Of a stretch of 64,000 nt of DNA, positions 26,401 to 57,869 are shown piece after piece. A program made the position numbers and the translations under genes. The notes below the pieces were generated by a model. That model saw nothing but the letters and a program-made list of their open reading frames with translations. It made no database searches and was not told the origin of the DNA. This DNA is from Ruditapes philippinarum (Eukaryota): the NCBI RefSeq assembly GCF_026571515.1, contig NW_026864517.1, positions 1 through 64,000 of the forward strand, read 5' to 3'. The stretch's first letter is position 1. Each line of letters opens with the position of its first letter.

Positions 26401-29400
26401 ATATATCCATACATGAATCTATACATATATCCATACATGAATCTACACATATATCCATACATGAATCTGTACATATATCCATACATGAATCTACACATAT
26501 ATCCATACATGAATCTATACATATATCCATACATGAATCTACACATATATCCATACATGAATCTATACATATATACATACATGAATCTACACATATATCC
26601 ATACATGAATCTACACATATATCCATACATGAATCAACACATATATCCATATATGAATTTACACATATATGCATACATATACTCAAACATTCATCCATAC
26701 AGTTAGAATAACCTTAATAAAAAACATTATCCAACAAATTGAAAAAAGACACATTTTCACAATTGAAAAATTGCTAATTTTGCTGATCAATAAAATTTAA
26801 CATTCCTTTTCTTAGCACTTATGGCGTATCAATAAAATGTGAAATATAAAATAATATATTATCTTACCTTAAACTTAAATCTCTTTTAATAACTGTGTCA
26901 TTCAAAAGGCTATATCGCAGGTGAACTTTTGTTGTCATCCCGGAAATAAACATTTCGTTGTCCGATATATCATATAATTCAATATAGTTCTTCCCAACAA
27001 CCTAAAAATAGTTGTTGTATTTCAATCAAATTGTGAAAATCATTTAAAATATACATACCGTTAAGTTTTTAAAGAGATTCCAATGATATCATTACAGACA
27101 AAAAAACAACAAGTATGTCAGCACTGCAGCCTCAAATCTCCAAATAAATGCATAAATGCGATCATCTAAAATATATTTCCGTAAATTTTTATTTCTGCAT
27201 GATAATTATAATGTTACCATTTTTTTGGCATTGTAACATTAGTTGGCATTTCTAAAGGTCAACGTAATCATTAAAATCTTTCATCACACAAATAATACAA
27301 GAAATTATCTTGGATGCATCTGATACAGTTTGTAATATTCGTTATGATTAAATCATTTAAAGATTACATATGGAATTGAAAATAATACAAACGTGATTTT
27401 TAAAGTCATCCCATGATAGAATACAATCTTGTGCAGGAATTTTCATTCCAATGTCATCGGCTAATTTATCGTCCTCGTCACTAACCATCATTACACCTGG
27501 AGTAGTGGTCGACATGGTTGTTGTAGAATACGACAGGAAAAATGGCGGGAAATTTAGTGATAAAGGCGGGAAGCTGTTACGTTCCTTGCTAAAGGCATTA
27601 TGTCTACCGTTACAAGAGGAAACAAACAGCAGACCGAAAATCACTATTATTTGTCTGGAAAACAAGTAAAGGCGCAATGAAAAGAAAAATAAGAAGGATT
27701 TGGAGATAATAAAAGGTTTAACAAACTATACAGTTCTATGGTCAAGTTGTCATGCAATTAATATCGGGGATCTAGACTTTACGTGACTGTCATTTAGTAT
27801 TTTCAACAATAAATACATGTGCATTTATTTATCAACACTATTTGTAACAAAAAGTTACGTGCTTGAATAAATTCTTAAAGTTATTAAGAACATGTTCATG
27901 TATCTTCATAACTTAACAGGGAGTGCCGCAATATTTAAACTCATGGTGACGGTTTCAAAATATGATCACTGATTTCATGGAAAAGTAGGGAAAACACATT
28001 ACTGCGATTGAGTATGGGATCTCTTGGATATCAAAATCCGGTAAAAAAAACACGAATCTTTCAACAAATGTAACTGCTTTCGTATATAACATGTATTGAT
28101 ATAAAGAAATAAAAAAAGGGGAAAATACATTACAATCGTGAGTATTTTGTATTTATCCTTCCAAACATAGTTTATAAAATTTGTTTTATCCTTGTCATGT
28201 ATGTACTTTTCTATTAAAAAGATAAATATTTAACACTAGAAATAATGCTTTCGTAACGAAAAGCATTTGATTTTGTCATTTTGATGGCGGTTGCGGCTAA
28301 TATATCAATACATGTATTTTCATCTATCTTTATACAAGCCACAACATTTACAATTAAAATTCGTATACGCCTTAATTGATAGGTAAAACAGAGTAAACAT
28401 TGACATGCGCATAGCAATACTCTAAATTAAAGTATAAACATATAATCTTCAAATTTTGTGTTTTATCCACTGAATACATTTAAATTGTAAAAACTATCAC
28501 TCAATTGAGATCAAAGTAAACGAAAGACAGGAAAACGAAAGAAAAAGATGACGCTAGCTGTGGATCGTTCACCAGAGGCCTATGGCTAAAATGTACAATT
28601 AACACGATTTCACCAGGTGACGCTGGTGACCAATTTTGATCCAAGTGGTCGTCTATAACTTTTGTAGCTGATCGTTAAGTAATGCTACAAGCAAAATATC
28701 TAAATACAAGCCAATTTTAACTATCTAAGCTCAATGTGCATTATTGTTTGGAGTGAAAAGTTATTTACATTCGCTTTTACTTAGTATTAGGCAGTTGACT
28801 TGGTGGGGCCATTTATGATCCCATGGTTATGACTGATGAAAAGATATTTTTAACTTTTCAGCACCTCTGACCTACTAATGCAAATGACTGGAACTACATG
28901 TATTTATATAACTTTTGAAGAGGGTCACCTTAGGATCATTCCAATATAGTGTGGTAAAAATCCGCTCACCAATTTAAGTAGTATACGAAATGACAGACGA
29001 CGGGCACACTGCCATCATAAAAGCTCTGTAGGAGCACATTTGTCTCGGAGCACATTTGTCTTACGTAAGACCGATGCGGTCGCATTTGTCCCACATGAGA
29101 CAAATGCGACCTCAAATGTCTACCCCAAAAAACTCATTTGTGTGACCAATGTGTTCCGATCAAGTTTTTTAAGGGACAAGAAAGCACATTTGTCTCATGT
29201 GTTTTTTAGGGACAAGAAAGCACATTTGTCTCATGTCATTTTTTATGAATTATTTGTCACATATTTCCCCATGGCAGAAATTCTTTTTTAGAATCGAGGT
29301 TCGCAGTTTTACCTCAAGTTTAATCATCAATAGGGTTGCTTATGCTTTCTTTATGAAAACCTGCAGTGAACTATTGATTACAATATCTCTAATTCAAGAA

Positions 29401-30009
29401 ATTGATTGACTTAACCTGAAGGCGTACACTGAAACATACTAAATCCCGTTCACGATGGTACAATGGTGACAGCGCGATGGCACGATGGTACGTTGATGAA
29501 AACGCGATGGTGCAATGGTGAAAACACAATGGTACGAACGTGAAACAACGATTGTACGATGGTGAAACAACGATTGTACGATGGTGAAACAACGAAGGCT
29601 CGATGATGAAAACGTGATGGTACTATGATGAAAGACGATGTTACGATGGTGAAAATACGATGGTACAATATGATGAAACTGCGATTGCATGACGATGAAA
29701 ACGCGATATTATTTTCACTATCGTGTCATCGCATCGTCTTATTTTTCCATGAATCACTTAAGGGCCTCCGTGGCTGAGTGATTTCAAAAAACCACTTACC
29801 CCTAAACGCTATAGGTTCGACACATACACGGGGCGTCGAACTATTCATGCGAGGATCCCGGTCAGGGTCCAAATGCGGAATACATATGCGCGTGCGCACG
29901 TAATAGTATTGCGTGGCCACGGAAAAGCTATTGTGTGCGCACGTAATAAATAAGAAAATTCTATGTCCCCTTTATGTCACCGTAGATACTACCTTGTCTC
30001 TAGTGCCAT
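23445..30009 (-). CDS. Secreted divergent lipocalin-like (RBP4/ApoD-like) protein, paralog 2, ~284 aa
   Basis: Exons 30009-29993 (putative, ATG GCA CTA GAG ACA AG|gt, phase 2), 27654-27393, 27001-26868, 25422-25337, 25031-24892, 24525-24363, 23497-23445 total 855 nt of open frame. It reads: MALETRQIIVIFGLLFVSSCNG ... IPAQDCILSWDDFKNH|VVGKNYIELYD...NTC...DFVVSSDPSKYLFYFFC...C...LDDIPWGDI..CFGQQFLDDTDPQ..E|CAVPGS. Exon sizes 134, 86 and 163 are identical to paralog 1. Minus-strand AATAAA at 23317-23312. Confidence 0.85.
25523..26700. repeat. 24-bp minisatellite (~49 copies) in an intron of paralog 2
   Basis: Unit ATCCATACATGAATCTACACATAT repeated with few variants. Confidence 0.97.
29034..29262. 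repeat. GCACATTTGTCTC-repeat element fragment
   Basis: The CACATTTGTC motif recurs about 6 times; the inverted motif GAGACAAATGTGC occurs at ~30326. Confidence 0.55.
29450..29740. repeat. Degenerate ACGATGGTGAAAAC-type tandem repeat
   Basis: Multiple CGATGGTGAAA(A)C units, including exact 21-bp repeats around 29540-29593; a related relic lies at ~30945-31065. Confidence 0.75.
29762..29865 (+). mobile_element. SINE 5' fragment (same family as 48300-48549)
   Basis: GGGCCTCCGTGGCTGAGTG..CCACTTACCCCT..GGTTCGA..TTCATGCGAGGA. Confidence 0.55.
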
Positions 30010-30159
30010 GAATCATCTATAAAACTTTAAGCATTGACAATAAACGTATCACAATTGATAACGATAAGAATAGACTTGCTGCATATGTATTTAGGTTCTG
30101 GCTGCTTCACTTGTAGAAATTTTCATTGTGACATGCAGAACAGGAATATACTAGTACTT

Positions 30160-30235
30160 TAATTTAATATATGACTCATATGCAGAGGCAGGAAGTTTTT
30201 GACTGACCGGAAGTGACCTAAAAAGTATTATAAAT
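30160..30235 (-). promoter_or_regulatory. Candidate promoter of paralog 2: AP-1, ETS and DR4-type motifs
   Basis: TGACTCA at 30172-30178, CAGGAAGT at 30189-30196, ACCGGAAGTG at 30206-30215, and TGACCG-n4-TGACCT at 30204-30219, with AT-rich TATA-like sequence, ~160-210 bp upstream of the putative ATG. Confidence 0.35.
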
Positions 30236-33149
30236 ACAGAAAACACAGAACAATGGCTGGTAGCCGGAGTACATATGGACATAGTTACATGTATTACCTT
30301 TTAAGAATTTTATGGAAAAAATGTGAGACAAATGTGCTTCGAGTGTCCTTTCTATTGTGTGTCGAACACATCTGTCTCATTTCCAATTTGTCGCAAACAT
30401 GAATGTTTAAGAACACATATACAATGTATAATGTTCATAAAGAAGCCACCTAAAGCGATTTTATAAAACGAGGAAGCGGAACTAAAAAGGTTTGTGGGTT
30501 GTATTACTTGTTGTTTTTACAAAGTCATAAAATAAGCTACATGTATATACATGTATAAACCAAATGACATTATTATTATCAAGTGTAATTACGTAGCAAA
30601 AAAATGCGTTCTAGATACCGGTATTGCAATTAATGGTCTGACAAAAATATTAAAAACTCCGTCAAAGCGTCGTAAACCCGCATTACATTCGCGGTAGCGA
30701 TATTGCGGCAATGGTTGCGATCTTAGGGCACACACCTGTATATACTGGGCGTTCTGATTTTTTATAAGACGCCATGAAAACGTCGCCTTGGTGTAAAGGG
30801 AGTTAAACTTCTTTACAAAATCTTAAAAGGTAACCTTGGTTTGAATCGTAAATTTCACACATGTATACAAAACTTCAATTCGTTGCCTAATAATGGGACT
30901 AATACGGTGTCCCGTTAGGGTCATCATGACACACATATAACTCGAAACGATGAAAATTAGAAATAACAGAATCACGATGGTAAAAAAATCGATGATGAAA
31001 ACACGAAATTATATCGAGTTTTCACCATTGTGGTTTCGTTATTTCGACTATTCACAATCGTACTTTTGACAATATTTGTGCAAAAGAGAAGTTGTTGTAT
31101 ATTTTGCGTTCGTAACTCATAAATATTTCAGTAACTTACAGGAAGAATAGTAGACCGCGTTGATATTTGTATGCCGTAAGATATCAAATTTCATTTTATA
31201 TCGGCTCGTAACTCTTTGAACAACTTAATCAAATTTTGTTTCACCTATTTTTCAAGAGCCCCATCCTATACCCTATAAATAGGAATTATAAATGACAATT
31301 GTCAACATTTTTACTCTGCCGTCTTTAGGAACTTGATAATAATTATATATTTTCACCCAAAAAGATGAAAATTGTTTTTTAATGAGGGAAAAAAGCTTTG
31401 CAATATGAATGATACATATGAATATGAATAATATGTCTTTAGTTATTTGTACTTCTGGCTATCGTTTTTAGTTAAGGATAACTATGGATCTATCTTTTGA
31501 CAAAAATGATTCCAGGTCTTCAGGAAAGAATCTAAATCATTCTGAAAAAAATGCTTTCTCTCTTAAAATTATGAATTGGTACTTTATTTATTGTTCTTTC
31601 ACTCTACAATTGTAAATATATCTTTTCTGAAAAAGAAAAAAGCATATTTACTGCAGTTGAATTATTATCTTTCAAACCTAGGATAAAGTTACAACAGTTG
31701 AGCAAAGTTCTAAAATTGCCATACTTTTCAAAAACAGAAAATATTAATGTCTTTGTTACCGTACATTACCAAAACAGATGTTCTGACTCCATCTCATTTT
31801 TACAAAATCTACAGTCTATTATAATTTCTTTTTTAAAGAAATGAATTGGTCTTATTCTGTTAATAATTCTGTAAAAAATCAAAGAAAAAAAAATAACTCA
31901 AATCATCTTTGCTATATGTTATGTTTAGCTTTTCACACCATTTTGATATACAAGAAGATTTTATCTTGGTGTTCATAAATACCTCATACATTGCATGTGT
32001 GCCCTTAGTAAATCTTAAAATAACTTTTAACAATGAAGGTATAAAAGGTCTTTGAAGGACATTGCTTGTTCTTTCACAAGTTGAAAGGAAACGGGATACA
32101 TTATTTACGATACCAAGATAATATACATGTATAAAGTTAATATTTGTTATATTTTAAAATATTTAACTGCTTAACTTTATCAGCATAAGACGAATTTTCT
32201 AAATTTTTAATCTTTACTTTCATGACTATTTCCCGTTTATTGGATTCTTTCTTTATATATACTATATAAAATAGATTTTCCTCTAATTCTATTAATAGTC
32301 TATAGAAAACAACTGATTGCAAATCCGGCAGATCTAAATGTATATCCAAAATGTTTTCATAATTATTTATATATCGGAACATCACATTGTATGATAATTT
32401 TATCAATTACCATATCAATTTCCTTCAGAAGAACTAAAATCTTTCAATATTTCCACAATCCGTTATTACAAAGTTCAATTTTAGAAGAATTATGGAGTGA
32501 TCAGAACGAAAACTTGGTTTAGTCTAAGGATCTACTACACTAGTTAAAGGAATAGAGGTGCCCAAAGAGAAATATTATATTACAAAGATAGGAACAGCAC
32601 AATGAATTTCTGACTCTCCATTTTATCTTTTTAGTTTCAAATCAATCCCTTGATTTCGAAAAAACAAAATATATAACGGTATTTCGGGTTTGGAATTAAG
32701 CACTTATTATAAAACTAATATTTGTCATATTTTGCGGTTCGGACAGCAATATTAGTCCCATTGTGCGGTTACGAGGCATTGGCACAGCCTTTAACAATAG
32801 CCAGGTCGAACTTCAATCAAAATCGTATGCAATGTATTTCATGTAAGTGCATTAAAAGATGTAACATATAAAAAAAAGATGTTTTGTCAAAATGAACGTG
32901 TTTTGAGCATATTTATCAAATGTATCAACCGTTCCCCTTGTATGAACCGGTACATACGACAAGTTTCATACTTGTTTAAAGATAGCAAAATTCTTATATT
33001 TTATAAACAGAAGTTTCACTTGATCAATAGTTTATAGCCGGTGCTAAGGGGCATGAGGGATGTTGCACTTATTCATTATCCCTCGTGTACAGACTCAATC
33101 AAACCGAGTCTGAAATTTTACATGTAATTTTGCTGTGTTTAATCACTTT

Positions 33150-35990
33150 TTCCAGATATTTATAGAATTATCACGTTAATTGTGGGTCAGTGAAGTTCTA
33201 GTGTAGCTAAAGATATGTTATACTCAAATTTGATATTAGAAACTATTTATAATTGCTACAGTCTCTTTGTAAATATCAAACTACAAACATTAAACCAATG
33301 CTTGTTTTACATACTTCGTCATAGAAGTTTATTTTATTTTATACTTGTTGAAGCCTGCAAGACTTTCTGTAAATATGATACATCTTCTTGTTGCCGGTTG
33401 TCCTACATGTCAAGTGCGATTAAGTTAACCAAAGTTACAAAACAAATATTATCGTCATGACAAGAGAAATATTCGTTGGTACGGCAGTGGATATTGCGGA
33501 TAAACCACAGTCGCCCCTAGGGATGTAAGGGATATGTACAGACATATTATACCTGGGTTGCTTAAACATGCACTTACCCTTACTATCATACATATTTAAG
33601 ATCAAACCAGATACATCCAATGCTATATACCTATTTCTCTATTAAACAGAAATTGGGAAGGTTGAAAATTTGAATAAGGCAGTTTCTTATCATAAAATGT
33701 AAAATATAGCATATTTCATATGTAAATCATGCATTAAATCAAAATTTGTCATATATATAACCTCATTGGTTCTCTTAGATGTCATTTTACAAAATTAATA
33801 TTAAATACTACATGATTAATCAAATTAAAATTGCATCATAATAAAATTATGAAGTCAAAAACTGGAACATAAACTATTTTTAGAACAAACAAGTTATTTT
33901 AAGATTACCACGGTGGGTTCGTAAATCGTTCCGTCCCTTTTTTGTTGTTGTTTTGACAACAGATGGAATTGGTGTTCTCTAGAAAACAAGGTAATTTTGG
34001 GGAATTAAACCAAACTAATACATCATATATGAGGGGCATATTTTAATAAGTGGCAATTATAAATACTCGTAGATCATACCTGTGAAAGATGATAAGTGCA
34101 TGGAATCCTTCAAAATATTCACCATGGGGAGAGCGCTTCCGATGACACTACGGATTTCGAACCGGCGACAACGAAGGCAAGATTTGATATATGGATATAA
34201 CTAAAAATCACAAGATGCAGTCAGGTGCAAAAAATATTGGTGAAAAGGGAAGTAACATGTATATCAGGACAATCGGCGGCATGCACAGCAAAACCTCAAT
34301 TCTCTGCTCCTCTAAAAAAGCTTGAAACAAGTCTGGTCGGTGGGTTCTTTGTAATGTAGTGATTAACTACAGCAGTGAGAACATGGTCACGGTAAAATAT
34401 TCTAGTGACACTATCCCTCGCAGGCACAGCGACACCGGGCAACTTTTCCAGGGTTAAGGGTCTCGATCTTTGAACCTAGTCATTAAGGCCGACGCTATTT
34501 CAACCCGCTCCCTTCGCTGTGCAGGATCCAACGGGAGTACACTTAACTTTTCTTTAAAATGGAAAACACACATAACGCGCTAGGCTCGTTATGTAACTTT
34601 TCTCATTCGCAGTATATCTTACATCTTCATCAACTATGGCTGTGACAGTACTGATGTCTTCTTCAGATGTAGCGGAAATTGACCAACCAGGTAGGGGATC
34701 ATCCTTAACATTAGTTTTACCATCCTTTAACATTGCCACCCATCTGGCAACTGTACGATATGGAAGGGCATTTCTCCATAAACTAAATCTAGATCAGTTT
34801 TTATTTCTGACGCGCATTTACCCCAAAAACGCACGAATTTTCCAACCTGCCATATTTACCAACAAAATACAAAACATGTATTTAAATGACCTGCTAATAT
34901 TTATTGCACGTGGAAATCGTGCGAAAATAGACTATTGGTAAGAAAAATCAATTATCTTTCAAATGATATATTATACATGGACTTTCACGTGCAAATTATG
35001 ATAAAATTGGGTTGTTGCCACTAATTAAAATATGCCCCTTCTATATCTGCCCACAGGAAACTGGTTTAAAATTAAATGATTCAAGAAAAACAAATCACCG
35101 TTCTGTATGTGTTTTCGTCAAACAGGGGTGATTTTTTATTGAAATATTATTTCTTTTAAACTTCAGTTTCCTGTAATCTACCTAAATCTAAATCAGGTTA
35201 AATATATTCACAGGGTGTCTGCTATTACAATTGTGTCTCATCAAAACTTAGGTGCCTATATGTGCATTATTTCTGGAACTTACTTACCACATGCTAGGTT
35301 TTATAACTTTCTCTCCTGAAATAATTCGTCCTACTTCACCAAATCTGACAACAGGCAACTTATTCAGCCATCCAATTTAAATTATATTACTTGTGTAACA
35401 ATAGTTCAGTCCAATGAATGAATGGTTAGACTATATGAAACTTTATAATAGATGAACACTGGGATAGTCTGTTTAGGTTCATATGTAGTGGGAACACATA
35501 ATGGACAATATAAAATCAATTTCACATTTATGACTATAAAACTATATTGGATTACTTGTAATTAAAAGATTTTGAATAAATGCAGAAGTTGTTTCGAAAC
35601 AACTGCTGAAGTTAATCTATTGAAGACATCTGTTCAATATCTTGTGTATGTCTTATTCTATTTCATATATTTCTCATGTATATTAAGTAACAGACACTTT
35701 TTGTTAAAACTCTCTCTAGAAAAAGTATCAGGTCTCCGTATTATTTTGATACCTGCACACTTAGTGCCTTTTGCAAGTGAAAGCTTTAAATCCTATCATA
35801 TAAGGCCATACAATTTACAAATAAATAAATGAACACATTATTTATCTATTCCAATAATAATCAAAAGTTTATTCTATGACAAAAAGTACATATAGATGAA
35901 AGTTTTCTATCTTGAATAGAAATTCTCTATTCGACTTAAGGCTATTAATATATACACAGAGAATTTGCATCCAAAATGAAATTTATACAG
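33150..35990 (+). repeat. Low-copy segmental repeat, copy 3 (contains the mariner insertion)
   Basis: Collinear with 17060-19680. Confidence 0.85.
34030..35041 (-). mobile_element. Mariner transposon relic (internally deleted)
   Basis: ~27-bp TIRs TGAGGGGCATATTTTAATAAGTGGCAA and TTGCCACTAATTAAAATATGCCCCTTC with TA flanks. The minus-strand peptide ALPYRTVARWVAMLKDGKTNVKDDPLPGWSISATSEEDISTVTAIVDEDVRYT resembles the mariner transposase N-terminal HTH/linker region. The empty site is visible in the paralogous segment at ~18608. Confidence 0.85.
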
Positions 35991-36072
35991 AAACTTAACA
36001 ATTTGTGAAACAATATCTGACAGTGAAAATGGGACAATGATGATGTCATTTCATTACAGTGATGTGATACTA

Positions 36073-36307
36073 ATATGAGCCGCGTCACAACAAAACCAAC
36101 ATAATGGGTTTGCAACCAGCATGGATCCAGACCAGCCTGCGCAGTCTGATCAGGATCCATGCTGTTCGCTATCAGTTTCTCTACTTGTTATAGGGTTTGT
36201 AAGGGAACAGCATGGATCCTGATCAGAGTGCGCAGATGCGCAGGCTGGTCTGGATCCATGCTGGTCGCAAACCCGTTATGTTGGTTTTGTCGTGACGCGG
36301 CTCATAT
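36073..36307. mobile_element. Palindromic (hairpin) MITE, copy 1
   Basis: ~95-bp inverted arms ATATGAGCCGCGTCAC...GTGACGCGGCTCATAT around a short spacer; second copy at 45632-45874. Confidence 0.85.
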
Positions 36308-38438
36308 AATGATGATGACAACATAACAATGGTGATGTCCATTACAATAATTATGTTCCTGTTAGAAAAACAACAGCTTTTGTTTACAATGAAAACATTA
36401 ATCTTATCAGTAAACCGTTAAAAATTGATGAACAAGAAATCCATTAACATTTTGTTTTAAAATTTAATGTAATGCTGTACAAGTTACCTCTGTCTACAAA
36501 TGATAGGTTTTGTCCTGGCTTCCAAGACTTGTTTACATGTTTCAGTAATTTTATCTGAAGCGAGATCAATTTATTGACACACATAAAAACCCAAGCCTCT
36601 CTCCATCCCCCTAAAAAATTCAAATCCTCGGAGGCATTGCTGATGTTACTTAATACTAGATGTGTTTTGTTCCCATACATGATGTGAAAATCATCATCTG
36701 ATTGCCATTTTGCTGACTTGAATTTAAAGCAAATGTTGGGATTTTTTTTATTGTTGTATCATTTCTGATAAAAAAAGTATAAATGCATCTTAACCAAAAT
36801 AAACCACAGCATGTTTTCCCTATGAAAGCAAAAGGTAACAACCATTTATTTTGACATTATGGCCATGATGCTTTGGAGTAAGACAAGGTGACCATTCCTG
36901 GGAGTACAGTAATAGGAAAAGAAAGTGAAAGCTTAAAACACTTTACTGCCGGTACAACTTAAAACAAAAAACATTTTGTAACATATTGCTTCCCAATTCC
37001 ACCTTGCAGTTTCAATTATCCTAAAAATGTCCAATGTCATCAATTTGTGGCCCAATATTTCCCAATTTCACCATTGTTATTTCAATGTGGTCTTAAACTT
37101 ATTGCTCAAGCTACCAATGCACATACAATAAAATTCTTTGAGGAGAATATTAAGAGATTAGTAAAGTTGGCCTTATGATCAACTGTACTACAATAATAAG
37201 GTCAAATTTAAACTATTCTGTGTTTAACTGCAGCATTTATTATTTCAATATTAAATCCTGTACACATGTGCCACATATTTTTCACAGCAATATAGAAAGC
37301 CATATAAAAATTATACTATCTTACAGTAAAGCATGATTTATTAAAACATTAAAATACATTTTACCTGAAGACAATTGTTATCTTTATCAATTACAAAAAA
37401 AAATTCTGATATGTACAATACCTTCAAAAAGAAAAAAAAAAACAATCAAAAATATCCGTTGTTCCAAAGTTGTGAATAAAATGAATGATATTACAGGATG
37501 AATGAAAAATAAATATTAGAGCCTAATTTTTACATGATATTTGTACATGGTATTAACACCTTATTTACAGTAAAATGTTTTAAGTAAATGGTAGTAAAAA
37601 TGGTTTCCATAGCAACATACTTGTTTCTATTCCATCAATGCCGTCCTCCTCTCATTATCTAATAATATTTCAGGCTTCTTTTTTATTTATCATGTCTGAA
37701 GAAATACTGAAGAAACTACAATTTTCAAAGGGGACTCTGTTGCGAAAAAGTTTTAAGGTCTTAAAAAATCTTAATGCCATTTAAACCAACAAAATTACTA
37801 CCCCCCCCCCAAAATAAACCCCACTAATAAAATGCATGACAGATGAGTCAAAATTGTATTTACAGATTCACTTAAAACAAATACACTACACTGTCCAATG
37901 TCAGAAATATGGAACACATTATCAATATTCAAATATTCAACAACAAAATTTTAAATAATATTCAATATACAGGCACACCTTTTCAAAAATTAGTACAGCC
38001 ACAACTCAAAACTACATCTACATCTCACAGACTAATCTAATAGAATACTTTATTCTAAAATCAGGTCCTGATCATCGACAACTTGGGTTTGCCTAATTTT
38101 TTACCAATGTCACTTTCACAAAACATATCCGTTTTGGTCATTTATTAAATTTGGACATTGTAGTTTGCTCCTTCTTTGATCAGGGAGACTTAAATACAAG
38201 CAGCGCAACTAAAATTCTGCTCTTATGTGAACCCATTATGTCTTCTTTCTCACAACTGTCCTTCCCTCTTAACTTTAAAATATTGCATTGCCATCCCAAT
38301 TCAATGTGAAGCTCTCATGGATTATCACAAAACCATTTTATTCACACACGTTTCCACCTATAACCAAATTTATTATCAAAATCCATATTTTTATTCTTCT
38401 GTGTTTACTTAAACTTAGACAACCAGTTTTAACGTGAT

Positions 38439-57585
<19,147 letters not shown>

Positions 57586-57869
57586 TCTATTACATCATGA
57601 CCCAAGAAAATTTAAAACCTAAAAAATATAAATGTGAAAAAATATTAAATGCAGGTAATGGACAAATAAATATGGTAAAATGGAATATTAATGAATTGGT
57701 TTAGAAAGTAACTGCTGATCAAGAGCTGACAGATAAGTCAGTACAATAAAAGCCATTCATTATCTTTTAAAATTTAAAGGGGGATAATTCAATCAAAATT
57801 ACTTCTTAAAAGTTTCCTGTCAGCAAAAAGATCTGATATGTAACTTCGTTTGAAACAGGTTTAAAGATG

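Noticed and set aside
25517-26706. Long ORFs of 393, 275, 251 and 137 aa
   Set aside because: Translations of a 24-bp minisatellite in multiple frames and strands, inside an intron; not called as genes.
29389-29690. His/Arg-rich overlapping ORFs
   Set aside because: Translations of a degenerate tandem repeat.
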